From positions 81,223 through 145,222 of the forward strand of contig JAHHIM010000009.1 in the NCBI GenBank assembly GCA_019358915.1: a stretch of 64,000 nucleotides of DNA, read 5' to 3'. A program made the position numbers and the translations under genes. Shown in pieces: positions 29,190 to 39,269 of the stretch. Under the pieces are notes generated by a model, which worked only from the letters and a program-made list of their open reading frames with translations, did not search any database and was not told where the DNA came from. The DNA is from Trichormus sp. ATA11-4-KO1 (GTDB lineage: Bacteria > Cyanobacteriota > Cyanobacteriia > Cyanobacteriales > Nostocaceae). Numbering within the stretch: the stretch's first letter is position 1; every line of letters begins with the position of its first letter.

Positions 29190-30443
29190 ATGATTAAAAT
29201 CCTCCATCTATCAGATATCCACATGGGAAGCGGTTTCTCCCACGGACGAATTAACCCAGCCACAGGATTGAATACACGATTGGAAGATTTTGTCAATACA
29301 TTATCTAAGTGTATTGACCGAGCGTTAGCAGATGCAGTGGATTTAGTGATATTTGGTGGTGATGCCTTCCCAGATGCTACACCGCCGCCATATGTGCAAG
29401 AAGCCTTTGCAGGTCAATTTCGCCGTCTTGTAGATGCAGATATTCCCACAGTGCTGTTGGTAGGTAACCATGACCAACATTCTCAAGGAATGGGAGGAGC
29501 GAGTTTAAATATTTATCGCACCTTGGGCGTGCGGGGGTTTGTTGTGGGTGATACGTTAATTACTCACCATATCCAAACCCGTAATGGTAAAGTGCAAGTT
29601 ATTACCCTGCCTTGGCTCACCCGTTCGACGCTGATGACTCGCCAAGAAACTGAAAGCTTATCTTTAGCGGAAGTCAATCAGTTATTAACAGAACGCCTGC
29701 AAGTTGTTTTAGAAGGAGAAATTCGCCGTCTTGACCCTGATGTACCCACTATACTTTTAGCACATTTGATGGCTGACAATGCAACCTTAGGAGCCGAGCG
29801 TTTTTTGGCAGTGGGTAAAGGCTTCACTCTACCTTTATCTTTGCTGACGCGACCTTGTTTTGATTATGTAGCATTGGGACACATTCATCGCCATCAAAAT
29901 TTGAATAAATCTAATAACCCGCCAGTGATTTATCCAGGAAGCATTGAGCGGGTAGATTTTAGCGAAGAAAAAGAAGACAAAGGCTATGTGATGATAGAAC
30001 TGGAGCGAGGAAGCGCCAATTGGGAATTTTGTCCCTTACCAGTTCGGACATTCCGCACAATAGAAGTGGATGTCTCCAAAGCAGATGATCCGCAGGTTGC
30101 ATTAATGAAAGCGATCGCTAAACATGATCTTCAAGATGCTGTGGTACGACTAATTTACAAACTGCGATCGGAACAGATAGATATGATTGATAGCGCTGCT
30201 ATCCATCAGGCCTTAAGTCCGGCTCATAACTACACCATTCAAGCCGAATTAGTCAGTCAGTTAGCTAGACCAAGGATTCCCGAATTGAGTGCTAGTAGTA
30301 GTATCGACCCTAGGTCAGCTTTGCAAACTTACTTAAATAATCGCGAAGACTTGAAAGACATAGCTGCATCAATGTTAGAAGCAGCAGAAAAGTTATTAAC
30401 AGATGATGTAGAAATTTGGCTAGAAGGAGCCGCTTCTGATTAA
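29190..30443 (+). CDS. sbcD: Exonuclease SbcCD subunit D
   Basis: LHLSDIHMG, GGDAF, GNHD, YVALGHIH, YPGSIERVDFSE metallophosphoesterase motifs. Confidence 0.95.
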   Translation: MIKILHLSDIHMGSGFSHGRINPATGLNTRLEDFVNTLSKCIDRALADAVDLVIFGGDAFPDATPPPYVQEAFAGQFRRLVDADIPTVLLVGNHDQHSQGMGGASLNIYRTLGVRGFVVGDTLITHHIQTRNGKVQVITLPWLTRSTLMTRQETESLSLAEVNQLLTERLQVVLEGEIRRLDPDVPTILLAHLMADNATLGAERFLAVGKGFTLPLSLLTRPCFDYVALGHIHRHQNLNKSNNPPVIYPGSIERVDFSEEKEDKGYVMIELERGSANWEFCPLPVRTFRTIEVDVSKADDPQVALMKAIAKHDLQDAVVRLIYKLRSEQIDMIDSAAIHQALSPAHNYTIQAELVSQLARPRIPELSASSSIDPRSALQTYLNNREDLKDIAASMLEAAEKLLTDDVEIWLEGAASD

Positions 30444-30506
30444 ATTAAAGGTTTGTAGTGAGGGCTTTAGCCCTCAAGATAAAACCAAGGGTGTGCAATT
30501 AATTAT

Positions 30507-31559
30507 TTAATCAAACCCCTTCACCCCCGGAATATCCAGGACAAAATCTGCCCCATAAACAGCAGCCGGAGTTTGAAATCCCACCTTAGTTTCACCTTGA
30601 ATGATGCGTTGCATCACCGCCACAGCTGATAAGGCAGTAAAATCATAAGCCTCTGGCCCAGAAAGCCTAGCTGTGACTGTTTGACCAGACGCATCTTCCG
30701 CAAAACCAATTACTCTCACCTGACCTTTCGCGCGTTCCTCCGGACTTGGCCCAGTGGGTAAAGTTTTAATCAGACGAGCTAAAGCACTTTGGAATAGTGC
30801 TGATTTAAACAACCATCCCACATACTGGCTAATTTCCATCAGGAAGCGTACAGGGGCGGGAAACACCGTATAAACCTCAATGTTGGGGATACCAGTACTA
30901 TGGAACGCGGTGACAAGATCCGCTCGCCAAGGGTTAGTGACTGCTGTGACTGCACCAGCACCTAAATCTATTTTGCGCCGTTTCCCGGCTGGTCGAGCCG
31001 GGATCAGCTGACCTGCTTCTCTGACTACACCCATCTGATGTAGGCTAGGCAATACAGTGTTTGCAGTTCCTTGAGATACACCCCCCACCGTTTCATAGAT
31101 TAATATCAGTCGCTGGGCAGTCGGTAACTGATTTTTGAGGTAAACAGCTACGCAATCAGTAGGAACAACACCAAACCCCACACCAGGAAGCAACATAATC
31201 CCGGCATTTTTAGCTTCCAAGTCTCGCGCCTCTAAAGTTGCAAACTCTGGGACTTCCCCAGCTATATCTAGATAGTGGGTTTGAGTTTGTAGACAAGCAT
31301 CTACAAGTGGCTTTGAGGTTTTGGAGAAAAGCCCGGCGCAATTTAGTACAACCGTCACATCTGCAAGAGAGCGAGCGATCGCCTGCTGATCATCCAAGCC
31401 AAAAACCCGAAAATCCAAATTTAATTCTTTAGCTACTGCTGCTAGTGAATTCTGACTGCGTCCAGCCAAAATTAATTCAATTCCCTGACTTTTAGCGAAT
31501 TCAGCAATCAGTTTCCCTGCATAGCCAGTTGCACCATACAATAACATCTTTGATGTCAT
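30507..31559 (-). CDS. Saccharopine dehydrogenase-like NAD(P)-dependent oxidoreductase
   Basis: LLYGATGYAG, LAGR, HYLDIAGE, GFGVVPTD, GFQTPAAVYG. Confidence 0.88.
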   Translation of the reverse strand: MTSKMLLYGATGYAGKLIAEFAKSQGIELILAGRSQNSLAAVAKELNLDFRVFGLDDQQAIARSLADVTVVLNCAGLFSKTSKPLVDACLQTQTHYLDIAGEVPEFATLEARDLEAKNAGIMLLPGVGFGVVPTDCVAVYLKNQLPTAQRLILIYETVGGVSQGTANTVLPSLHQMGVVREAGQLIPARPAGKRRKIDLGAGAVTAVTNPWRADLVTAFHSTGIPNIEVYTVFPAPVRFLMEISQYVGWLFKSALFQSALARLIKTLPTGPSPEERAKGQVRVIGFAEDASGQTVTARLSGPEAYDFTALSAVAVMQRIIQGETKVGFQTPAAVYGADFVLDIPGVKGFD

Positions 31560-31573
31560 TATTTATCACCAAA

Positions 31574-31882
31574 TTAAGTATTATTCGCAGTCTGCTGCCA
31601 TAATTTCACTTCTGGAGGTTCAACTAAAAATTCCTCTGATTTTGCCCCCAACGCCTTGATGTAAGGCTGTTCCATATGCTGTGCCAAAATTTCTTGGCTC
31701 ACCCAATTTTCGTGCAGCAGAAACCAAGAGGCATCTTCCAATGATTGATGTAAGTCATAATTAATACATCCCTCTTCCGCCCTTGTGAGATCAATAACAG
31801 GCTGGAATTCCTGCTTAAACTTTTCCTCCAATCCTGGCTTAACTTTCAAACTAGCGGTAACAGTGACTTGCTGATTTGACAT
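31574..31882 (-). CDS. ABM-family (putative quinol monooxygenase) protein
   Basis: TRAEEGCINYDLHQ...FLLHENW.S...L..H...P. Confidence 0.88.
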   Translation of the reverse strand: MSNQQVTVTASLKVKPGLEEKFKQEFQPVIDLTRAEEGCINYDLHQSLEDASWFLLHENWVSQEILAQHMEQPYIKALGAKSEEFLVEPPEVKLWQQTANNT

Positions 31883-32019
31883 TTTTTTCCTCTCTTTTTG
31901 GTAGTTTCTCAGTGCTTTTATAAGTGCTGAGTGCGCTTGCCCTGAGCGAAGCCGAAGGGGAGTGCTGAGTGAAAATACTACTTCCTATTCACCAGTTTCC
32001 AGTCCCCAGTTCATGACGG

Positions 32020-33666
32020 CTAGGTATTGATACTGTTAATAATTTGAGAAGGCTTGAGAAAGTTGTAAGGTATGGGACGAGTTTGATTTCTAATGTCTAT
32101 TTGTCGCTCTATTTCGTGTAAATCATGCTGGAACTGTACCAGAATTTCTTGCGCCAAACTATCAGCAAATTTTTCATCGTAGAAACCTAATTTATCGTAA
32201 TGGTAAGATGTCAAAATATGCGTCCACATTACCTGATCAGCAGCTTGTTTAAAAGGTGGCAGGATCTTCATGATGGTTTCCATATCCACACCCTTCGTTT
32301 CTGGCATAGGTTGGTAGGCTGCATAGGGCATATTGGGGACAAAAGCCATATATTCGTACTGGGCAAAATTCAAAGCCGAATGCAAAGGAGCGCAAGTGAA
32401 AACTACTACACTGATAATTTCAATCAGTTGTTCTAGAGTATCAATTCTCCCAGGCATACCCTTAACTCTACCACCATCTTGAGCCACTAATTCCTTCGCC
32501 CAGTTTTGTAGTTCCTGGTCTTCACTGAGGTCTTCTGGGGTTTGATAATAAAGTTTCAGGTATTGAGTAACAAACTTTTCAATGGCATTCCAAATTAATA
32601 TTCCATCATCCCGGAAAGGAAAGTGCGGCAAAACTTCGGCATCATCCATTTGGTTAGCTTTCATTAACCGGGGAAAGACAAACTTCTCTACACTCCATTC
32701 ATCGTAGGTTTTCACAATAAACCCTAGAGACTCTTCCAAAGCACCAGCCATAAAATTATCAACTGGCCCTCCCGGCTGTAAAAAGTAAAGACGACCCAAA
32801 TCGTTATCAAATAACATGAACCGGAAATGAGGTTTAAGCAGTAAAGCGATCGGATGATTTTCTGCCAATTGACGTGCTGTGGAAATAGCAAAAGGTGCCA
32901 TAACTGCATGAGTATAAGCAAAATGGCTGCCTAACTCTTGATGATTACCATCAGCAATTTGCACACAAGTTTTGGCGAGAAACCAATCTAAATGCGGATC
33001 GTTTGGTGTATAAACTAGGCTATTTGTCCCATAATCACTATTAATTTGAATAGCCACAGGCACTAATGAACCACCAGTCTGACTATGATTAGTTTGCCAA
33101 TAAAATAGAGCCTGTGGCTTAGGAAGATACTTCTTACTATTTTGATAACTACCTCCTTTAACATCAACCAGTAAAGGGTAATCCAAGAAATACAACTTAC
33201 CTTCTTTCAGAGCCTTTTCTAAATCATGTTCTCTACCTACAGCTTGCTGAAAATGATAGTTATTTACCCCAAAATTTCCAGGTAATACATCAATTCTGCG
33301 AATTGCCAACGGATTAGCACCAGAAAGCCTTTGTTCAGCAAAACAGGCATCTGACTTGTAATTTCTTAAAACATTTGGCTTTGGTAGAACCGACAAAAGA
33401 TTTTCATATTCTTCCAACTCATCAAGCGGGTCAAATAAATTTTTTACTTGAGCAGCGAGCATATTAGGGACAAGATTCGCCATACTCCCCAAGCGTCCAG
33501 CAGTATATTGTGTCGAGAAAAGTTCTTGAGGAGGAACCTTATCAATTACTGGTACAGGAGCCAGATAATTATGATTATATTGATAATCTTCTCGGTTTTT
33601 ATTCAGCCAATTTGTTCGAGTGTTAGGCTGAGGATCATTTTGCGGCAAATATGGTTTCATAGTCAT
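32020..33666 (-). CDS. Lipoxygenase
   Basis: FAEQRLSGANP, W.LAK..VQ.AD.NHQELGSHFAYTH (Fe ligands), FRDDG.LIW, HSALNF.QY, C-terminal NSINT. Confidence 0.95.
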   Translation of the reverse strand: MTMKPYLPQNDPQPNTRTNWLNKNREDYQYNHNYLAPVPVIDKVPPQELFSTQYTAGRLGSMANLVPNMLAAQVKNLFDPLDELEEYENLLSVLPKPNVLRNYKSDACFAEQRLSGANPLAIRRIDVLPGNFGVNNYHFQQAVGREHDLEKALKEGKLYFLDYPLLVDVKGGSYQNSKKYLPKPQALFYWQTNHSQTGGSLVPVAIQINSDYGTNSLVYTPNDPHLDWFLAKTCVQIADGNHQELGSHFAYTHAVMAPFAISTARQLAENHPIALLLKPHFRFMLFDNDLGRLYFLQPGGPVDNFMAGALEESLGFIVKTYDEWSVEKFVFPRLMKANQMDDAEVLPHFPFRDDGILIWNAIEKFVTQYLKLYYQTPEDLSEDQELQNWAKELVAQDGGRVKGMPGRIDTLEQLIEIISVVVFTCAPLHSALNFAQYEYMAFVPNMPYAAYQPMPETKGVDMETIMKILPPFKQAADQVMWTHILTSYHYDKLGFYDEKFADSLAQEILVQFQHDLHEIERQIDIRNQTRPIPYNFLKPSQIINSINT

Positions 33667-33702
33667 ATCTTTATATAGTCAGTAGCCATTGCAGTAACTT
33701 GT

Positions 33703-35145
33703 TTACAACGTTTTCAGATACTCAATTAATGCTTGCTTCTCCTCACCAGATAAATCAGTTCCATAAAGATGGCCTTGATTGGAATTGGCAGTAACGGTGG
33801 TATCGTATTTAAAACCTACACGTTCCGCTTCCTCACCATCGGAAACGAAGCCAACTTTTTGCGGATCATAGACATCGTATCCCCGATAAAAAACAGCAGT
33901 CCGATTTTCGGGTTTTTCTAATAAATCTTGCAAAGATGGTACAGAACCATTATGCAGATATGGCGCTCTCAACCACAGTCCATCCAGAGAAACAGAGACA
34001 TAGCCGTCGGTTTTACGTAAGTTGTTGAAGTCCCAAGGATAACCCTCAGCAAACTTGTTGTAAGTATCTGCTGCTTCCTGCGTCCACATATCTAAACGAT
34101 GGCGGTCAGTACCCACCTCATCCACAGGAATCACTGTACCTGTTCTTTCCCCACCAAAGGCGTGACAAGATGCACAGGTATTAGCAAAAACTTGATTACC
34201 TTTTGCAGCCAATTTTTCATCCACCGCAAACGGATATTTAGGTGGTTCTAGTTGTGTAATATATTCCTCTACCTTTTGCAAATCTTCTACAGGTAGCGAC
34301 TCTTTAGTTGCACCGTCACCAATGGCCCCAGTTTGCACAGTTTCTGTCAACGAAGTTTCTAAACCATCCCAATGTAGTGCAAATCCTGCGTGCATCTTTT
34401 GATTCCACAGAGGCATCATATCAGAGTTACCGATGGTGTCATCTTTAGCCAACTGTAAGGTATTGAATTTCACTGGATTAAAAGGATCAATGCGACCAGG
34501 CCCCCAGTTGGGACGAGAATCCATCCACGTAAAACTTTCTTTTTGTGCTAGTAATTCTTTCTTGGTTTGCGGAATAATCAAAAAGCGATAAAGTAAGTTT
34601 TCCACCCAAGAAAGTTGATAGTTATATTTGATTTCATCCAAGATATAGTCTGGTGTAAATCTTGGATCACTAGCAGTTGCACCCAGAAAGCGAATATATC
34701 CTTGCAAATCAAATTTATTGGAAGGCCCTGCGGCGACAATTGTGGGTTTATCTTTTTGGGTGGTTCTATAGGTAGCAGTATGACAAACAGCACAAGTGAT
34801 TCCTACACGAGGAAAACCAATTGTTTTTTTCGTAAAGCCAATTGGTGTTTCTTTACCTTCTTCCCATGTAATACCTAAAGAAGTGTAACCACCAGGCCCC
34901 GGTAGCTTATCAGGAAATATACGGGGTAGTACCAGCCAAATCCAATAAGGCACACCTTGTGCATTTTCTGTACCGATAGAACCATATTTAAAGTGATCCT
35001 CAGGTGATTCGTAAGACTCGTAAGGGATAGGAACTTCCCGAAACAAGTTGTACCATCCTACATAGCCAACTACTCCAACGACAAGAACAAAAACTACAAC
35101 AAGGCTGGCGATAATTCTACCTAATTTATCTTTGAAAAATTTCAT
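33703..35145 (-). CDS. Membrane-anchored dihaem cytochrome c, RoxA/MauG-like
   Basis: N-terminal TM; CAVCH and CASCH; GPGRIDPF; GTD..R; LDGLWLRAPYLHNGSVPSL; HLYGTDL...ALIEYLKTL. Confidence 0.85.
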   Translation of the reverse strand: MKFFKDKLGRIIASLVVVFVLVVGVVGYVGWYNLFREVPIPYESYESPEDHFKYGSIGTENAQGVPYWIWLVLPRIFPDKLPGPGGYTSLGITWEEGKETPIGFTKKTIGFPRVGITCAVCHTATYRTTQKDKPTIVAAGPSNKFDLQGYIRFLGATASDPRFTPDYILDEIKYNYQLSWVENLLYRFLIIPQTKKELLAQKESFTWMDSRPNWGPGRIDPFNPVKFNTLQLAKDDTIGNSDMMPLWNQKMHAGFALHWDGLETSLTETVQTGAIGDGATKESLPVEDLQKVEEYITQLEPPKYPFAVDEKLAAKGNQVFANTCASCHAFGGERTGTVIPVDEVGTDRHRLDMWTQEAADTYNKFAEGYPWDFNNLRKTDGYVSVSLDGLWLRAPYLHNGSVPSLQDLLEKPENRTAVFYRGYDVYDPQKVGFVSDGEEAERVGFKYDTTVTANSNQGHLYGTDLSGEEKQALIEYLKTL

Positions 35146-35223
35146 GGATTACATTGCTCCTTTGCAGAATCATCTGTTTGTAGAGCAGATAAAATACCTG
35201 CTCTAGGAAGCTGAAGGTAAAAA

Positions 35224-35649
35224 TTAAGAGAATTGCTTCACTGGTTCCGCAGTTCCTAAGTTTTGATTACGCATGGCTAGCGTCAGAAAAATTGCCTCAA
35301 ATACTCCAAAAAACAAGTCTACAAAGGCAATAGATAAAAAGCCTTTATCTTGTCCAAATAAAAATACTGCACAAATGAAAAATGTGGCTCCAAAAGTGCG
35401 TGATGGAAATATTGAAAGCCAAGCCGTTGCTATATATCGAGCAGGATTAATTGCTCCAGGGACATAAAAAGCACTAATAATAAATAACAGCATTCCCGCA
35501 GCCCGAACCCAAATAATCGGCACAGGCACTTGCATTTTGAGAAACCACAACATCAACTCTGGAAAAAAGCAAGAGGGAATGACAAAAAGCATATTGACAA
35601 TGATGCCCAGCCAAGTAATGCGACTAAACCATTTAGCATAAGTATTCAT
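35224..35649 (-). CDS. Four-TM membrane protein of unknown function
   Basis: Hydrophobic 141-aa ORF between the two cytochrome paralogues. Confidence 0.8.
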   Translation of the reverse strand: MNTYAKWFSRITWLGIIVNMLFVIPSCFFPELMLWFLKMQVPVPIIWVRAAGMLLFIISAFYVPGAINPARYIATAWLSIFPSRTFGATFFICAVFLFGQDKGFLSIAFVDLFFGVFEAIFLTLAMRNQNLGTAEPVKQFS

Positions 35650-35663
35650 TAATTTTCTCCTAT

Positions 35664-37139
35664 TTACAGATTCTTCATGTACTCAACTAGGGCATCTTTC
35701 TCATCTGGAGATAGTTCAGTGCCGTATAAGTGACCGCTATTACTATTTCCAGGTTTTGAAGTATCAAACTCAAAATATTTATTACCGTCTTCTTCCGCGA
35801 TTGTCGAAATAAATCCTACTTTTTCTCTATCAATCACATCGTAGCCTCGGTAAAATTTATTGGGTCTATTTTCTGGCTTTTCTAGTAAATCTCGGAGTGT
35901 GGGAACTGAGCCATTATGCAAATAAGGTGCGCGTAACCAAATACCATCTAGTGGCATAGTGGCATAACCATTTGTTTTGCGGAAATCCTTAAATCGCCAT
36001 TCATAACCTGTGTACAAAGTATTTTGGTTAGACATGGTTTCATAGGTATATGAATCGAGGCGATGGGGGTCTGTGCCGATTTCTTGAATTGGTATAACTT
36101 TACCGACATTTGCACCACCAAAAGCATGACAGCTAGCACAATTATTTTGAAATAACTTTTCTCCTGTGGCTGCTAATGTTGTATTAACTTCGTAAGGATA
36201 TTTTGGCGGTGGTAATTCCCACAACCAATCAGCAACTCGATCAATTCGTGGTAAATCTATGGTTGTCGGTGTGACTCCTGCACCTAAAGCGGCACTTTTA
36301 TTGCGTTCATCAACAGATTTATTATTACCATCCCAATGCAGCTGCAATCCCTCCCGGGGTGCTTGATTCCAAACTGAGGGAAAATCAGCAGTACCTATCA
36401 ATTCATCTTCACGCAATTTATCCATTGGAAAATGAAACTGAATGGCTTTATAGGGATTAAATGTGTCTACTCTACCTGGCCCCCATTCTGGTTGTGCTTC
36501 AATAAAAGCAAGTTGGCTTCTCTGGTTAATGAGTGCGTCTCTGGTTTGCGGAATGGCGATAAAGCGATAAATTAATTTTTGGATGGGATTAAGTCCGCCA
36601 CTGATTTTTTCAATTTCTGGTAGCATCCGGTTAGCAGTAAATCTTGGGTCTACAGCTACTGCGGATAAAAATTTGATATACCCCTGCAAATTAACTACAT
36701 TAGCAGGCATGGCTGTAATTACTTGGCGATCGCTCGTAGATGTATCTCTGAGTGTGCCTGTGTGACATACAGCACAATTTAAACCTACGCGGTCAATTAA
36801 TACTCGCCGTTGGGAAAATCCTACTGGTAAGTCTTTGTCCTGTTCTTGAATAAATCCTAGTGAGGTATAACCTTGACCTGGTAATTTATCGGAGAATAAT
36901 TCTGGTAATACTTTCCAAATCCAATAAGGTACTCCATTAATGTTTTCGCTGCCAATTGAACCATATTTAAAGTGGTCTTCAATATCGGCATAATCAACTG
37001 GGGAGTTGGCAAAACTAGGCCAAATCAAGAAGATAGCTGTTACTATAACTCCTACGATGAAAATCCAAATACGCCTGAAAAATCCTTTTCTTCCTTTTAA
37101 TGAGGTGAGAATGAGGGTAGGGTTAGTTTGTTCAGTCAT
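35664..37139 (-). CDS. Membrane-anchored dihaem cytochrome c, RoxA/MauG-like (paralogue of 33703-35145)
   Basis: HFKYGSIG.E...GVPYWIW.VLP, CAVCH, CASCH, RAPYLHNGSVPTL. Confidence 0.85.
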   Translation of the reverse strand: MTEQTNPTLILTSLKGRKGFFRRIWIFIVGVIVTAIFLIWPSFANSPVDYADIEDHFKYGSIGSENINGVPYWIWKVLPELFSDKLPGQGYTSLGFIQEQDKDLPVGFSQRRVLIDRVGLNCAVCHTGTLRDTSTSDRQVITAMPANVVNLQGYIKFLSAVAVDPRFTANRMLPEIEKISGGLNPIQKLIYRFIAIPQTRDALINQRSQLAFIEAQPEWGPGRVDTFNPYKAIQFHFPMDKLREDELIGTADFPSVWNQAPREGLQLHWDGNNKSVDERNKSAALGAGVTPTTIDLPRIDRVADWLWELPPPKYPYEVNTTLAATGEKLFQNNCASCHAFGGANVGKVIPIQEIGTDPHRLDSYTYETMSNQNTLYTGYEWRFKDFRKTNGYATMPLDGIWLRAPYLHNGSVPTLRDLLEKPENRPNKFYRGYDVIDREKVGFISTIAEEDGNKYFEFDTSKPGNSNSGHLYGTELSPDEKDALVEYMKNL

Positions 37140-37244
37140 GAAACACTCCCTATATTGTTGAGGTTATTTATGTAACGTTCGCGCAGCGCAGACTACAGAG
37201 ACGCCGAGAACACAGAGAGAAAGATCAGAGATACTGGATTTAAG

Positions 37245-38630
37245 CTATGGAGCAAATTGAGTGGGATGAAATACTGACATGACTTCTTTCATCATGTCTT
37301 CGTAGCTATCGAAGCGGTCTTGTTCGTAGCAGCCTAGGGGATTTTCAATGACGTTTAACAGGCATTTATTGCAGTAGGTGCATGGTTTATCTGGAAGGTC
37401 TTTACCTTCTTGAAAAGTTTTAGTTAAGTCATTGTTTGCAATTAAGGGGCGAGCGATTGTTACGCCATCACAATAGTCATCATTAATTGCTTGACGGATA
37501 TAAGAGGCTTGCTGAAAACCACCTGTGCATAATACGGGGATATTTACATGTTTTTTAATTTCACGAGAATCTAATAAGTTTCTGCCTTGGTTTTCCGCTA
37601 GAAGCTGGCTCATTTTTACATTTTGGACTGCATCACCGCTAAAGGGTTGAGGTGGTAATTGCTTTTTCACCCGGTTCCATAACAATTTGAAAATGGGATG
37701 CAAAAATGATTTGCGAAACAAAATGTAGTTGCGTGTGGTTTCTGTACCACTTGACAACATTGCATCATAGGTTTTGGTGATGATATCAAAATCAAAACCG
37801 CCAATGGGATTAAGTGGGTGCGGAAATAAGCTTCCTGTTGATACATGCACTGCATCAGCACCAGCTGCTTCCGCCCATTGACAAACTTTAATGGAATCTT
37901 CTAAGGTATTACCTGGTTTTTCCCAAAATGTTACGGCGTTATTATAGTCAACAGCGCTAATTTTAAATTGCAAATGAAAGTCATTACCTACTTCTTTGCG
38001 AATGGCTTTAATTACATCTAATAAAAATCTGGCTCGATTCTCTAATGAGCCACCGTATTCGTCTGTACGGTTGTTAATTCCTGAACTGAGAAATTGTGTA
38101 AATAAGTATCCGTTGCCACTGTGCAATTCTATCCCGTCTAAGCCTGCTTCTCTCGCCCGTCTAGCACCATCAGCAAATTTCTGGATAGTCTCTTGAATCT
38201 CTAATGAGGTCATTGCTTGGCATTCAAAGCCGTGGAATGGTTCAGTATCACTGGTGGAACTTAAAGCTTTTAATCCCTGGTTTTCTACCCCAGCAATGTC
38301 TTGTTGTCGTCCAGAATGACTCAGTTGCAAGATTAATTTACAGTCATATTCGTGGGATTTTTCTCCAATTTTTCGCCAGAAGGGAATACTTTCATCACTG
38401 TGAATAGTGGCGTAATTCGGCATAATTCTTCCCCGGATGGCGACTGGTACAAAAGATGTAATAATCGCTCCTACACCACCACGGGCAAATTTTTCTTCCC
38501 AGTTAATCCGGGCTTGAGTACCTGAACCATCATAGTTATCCCACCGTCCAGAAATACTGGAACGAAAGATACGGTTTTTTACGGTGAGGGTGCGGAATTG
38601 CAACGGTTCAAAAATAATATCGTTTGCCAT
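37245..38630 (-). CDS. NADH:flavin oxidoreductase (Old Yellow Enzyme family)
   Basis: VKNRIFRSS, LQLSHSGRQ, AGLDGIELHSGNGYL..QFLS...N.RTDEYGGSLENRARF, CTYCNKC. Confidence 0.92.
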   Translation of the reverse strand: MANDIIFEPLQFRTLTVKNRIFRSSISGRWDNYDGSGTQARINWEEKFARGGVGAIITSFVPVAIRGRIMPNYATIHSDESIPFWRKIGEKSHEYDCKLILQLSHSGRQQDIAGVENQGLKALSSTSDTEPFHGFECQAMTSLEIQETIQKFADGARRAREAGLDGIELHSGNGYLFTQFLSSGINNRTDEYGGSLENRARFLLDVIKAIRKEVGNDFHLQFKISAVDYNNAVTFWEKPGNTLEDSIKVCQWAEAAGADAVHVSTGSLFPHPLNPIGGFDFDIITKTYDAMLSSGTETTRNYILFRKSFLHPIFKLLWNRVKKQLPPQPFSGDAVQNVKMSQLLAENQGRNLLDSREIKKHVNIPVLCTGGFQQASYIRQAINDDYCDGVTIARPLIANNDLTKTFQEGKDLPDKPCTYCNKCLLNVIENPLGCYEQDRFDSYEDMMKEVMSVFHPTQFAP

Positions 38631-39269
38631 TTTTCTCTCGTATTTGTAATAAGAGTAGGAATCATAATTTGTACCAGTACTGATAACATCCCTAGAAAAC
38701 TGCTGCTGGCAGCGCCTCTAGGAGGGAACTCTTTTGGATCTACAAGTTCACAATGTAGAATTTCGGATGCGATCGCTAAATATTAAGTTTTTGTTACTTA
38801 GATTTGTTTATGCAGTATTAGCCTCAATACTGACCTACTAAGAGCTTTGCCCTTAATAAAAATTTTTACCAGCTTAAATCCACTAAATCTTAAAAAAGTA
38901 AAAATTTTCTGCTTTCATTTCTTGTCAAAAGGTTAAGGTAACCTTAATAAAATGTTTTGAAAATTTGTGACAAATTTAACCTGTGAAATATTTGGATACC
39001 AACATAACAGATTGAATTTGCACCCTGTTGTAAATTTACAATTTTTTAAATTATTGAGTTTTACAAGTATAAAAGTTTCTTAATGACGTTTGGCAGACTT
39101 GTGTAGTAACTTCGTATATGACGGAACCTCGGTAAGGTGCATTTTTAATCACCAAAAATATCTGTAGGATAAATCCGGAAAAAGATGAATTACTAATGAA
39201 GCATAGGTGTGCCTCCGCAAAAGTTGAGATACACCTGCGAAGGTTTAGGCGTTGCAACCAGTGAGTTTT

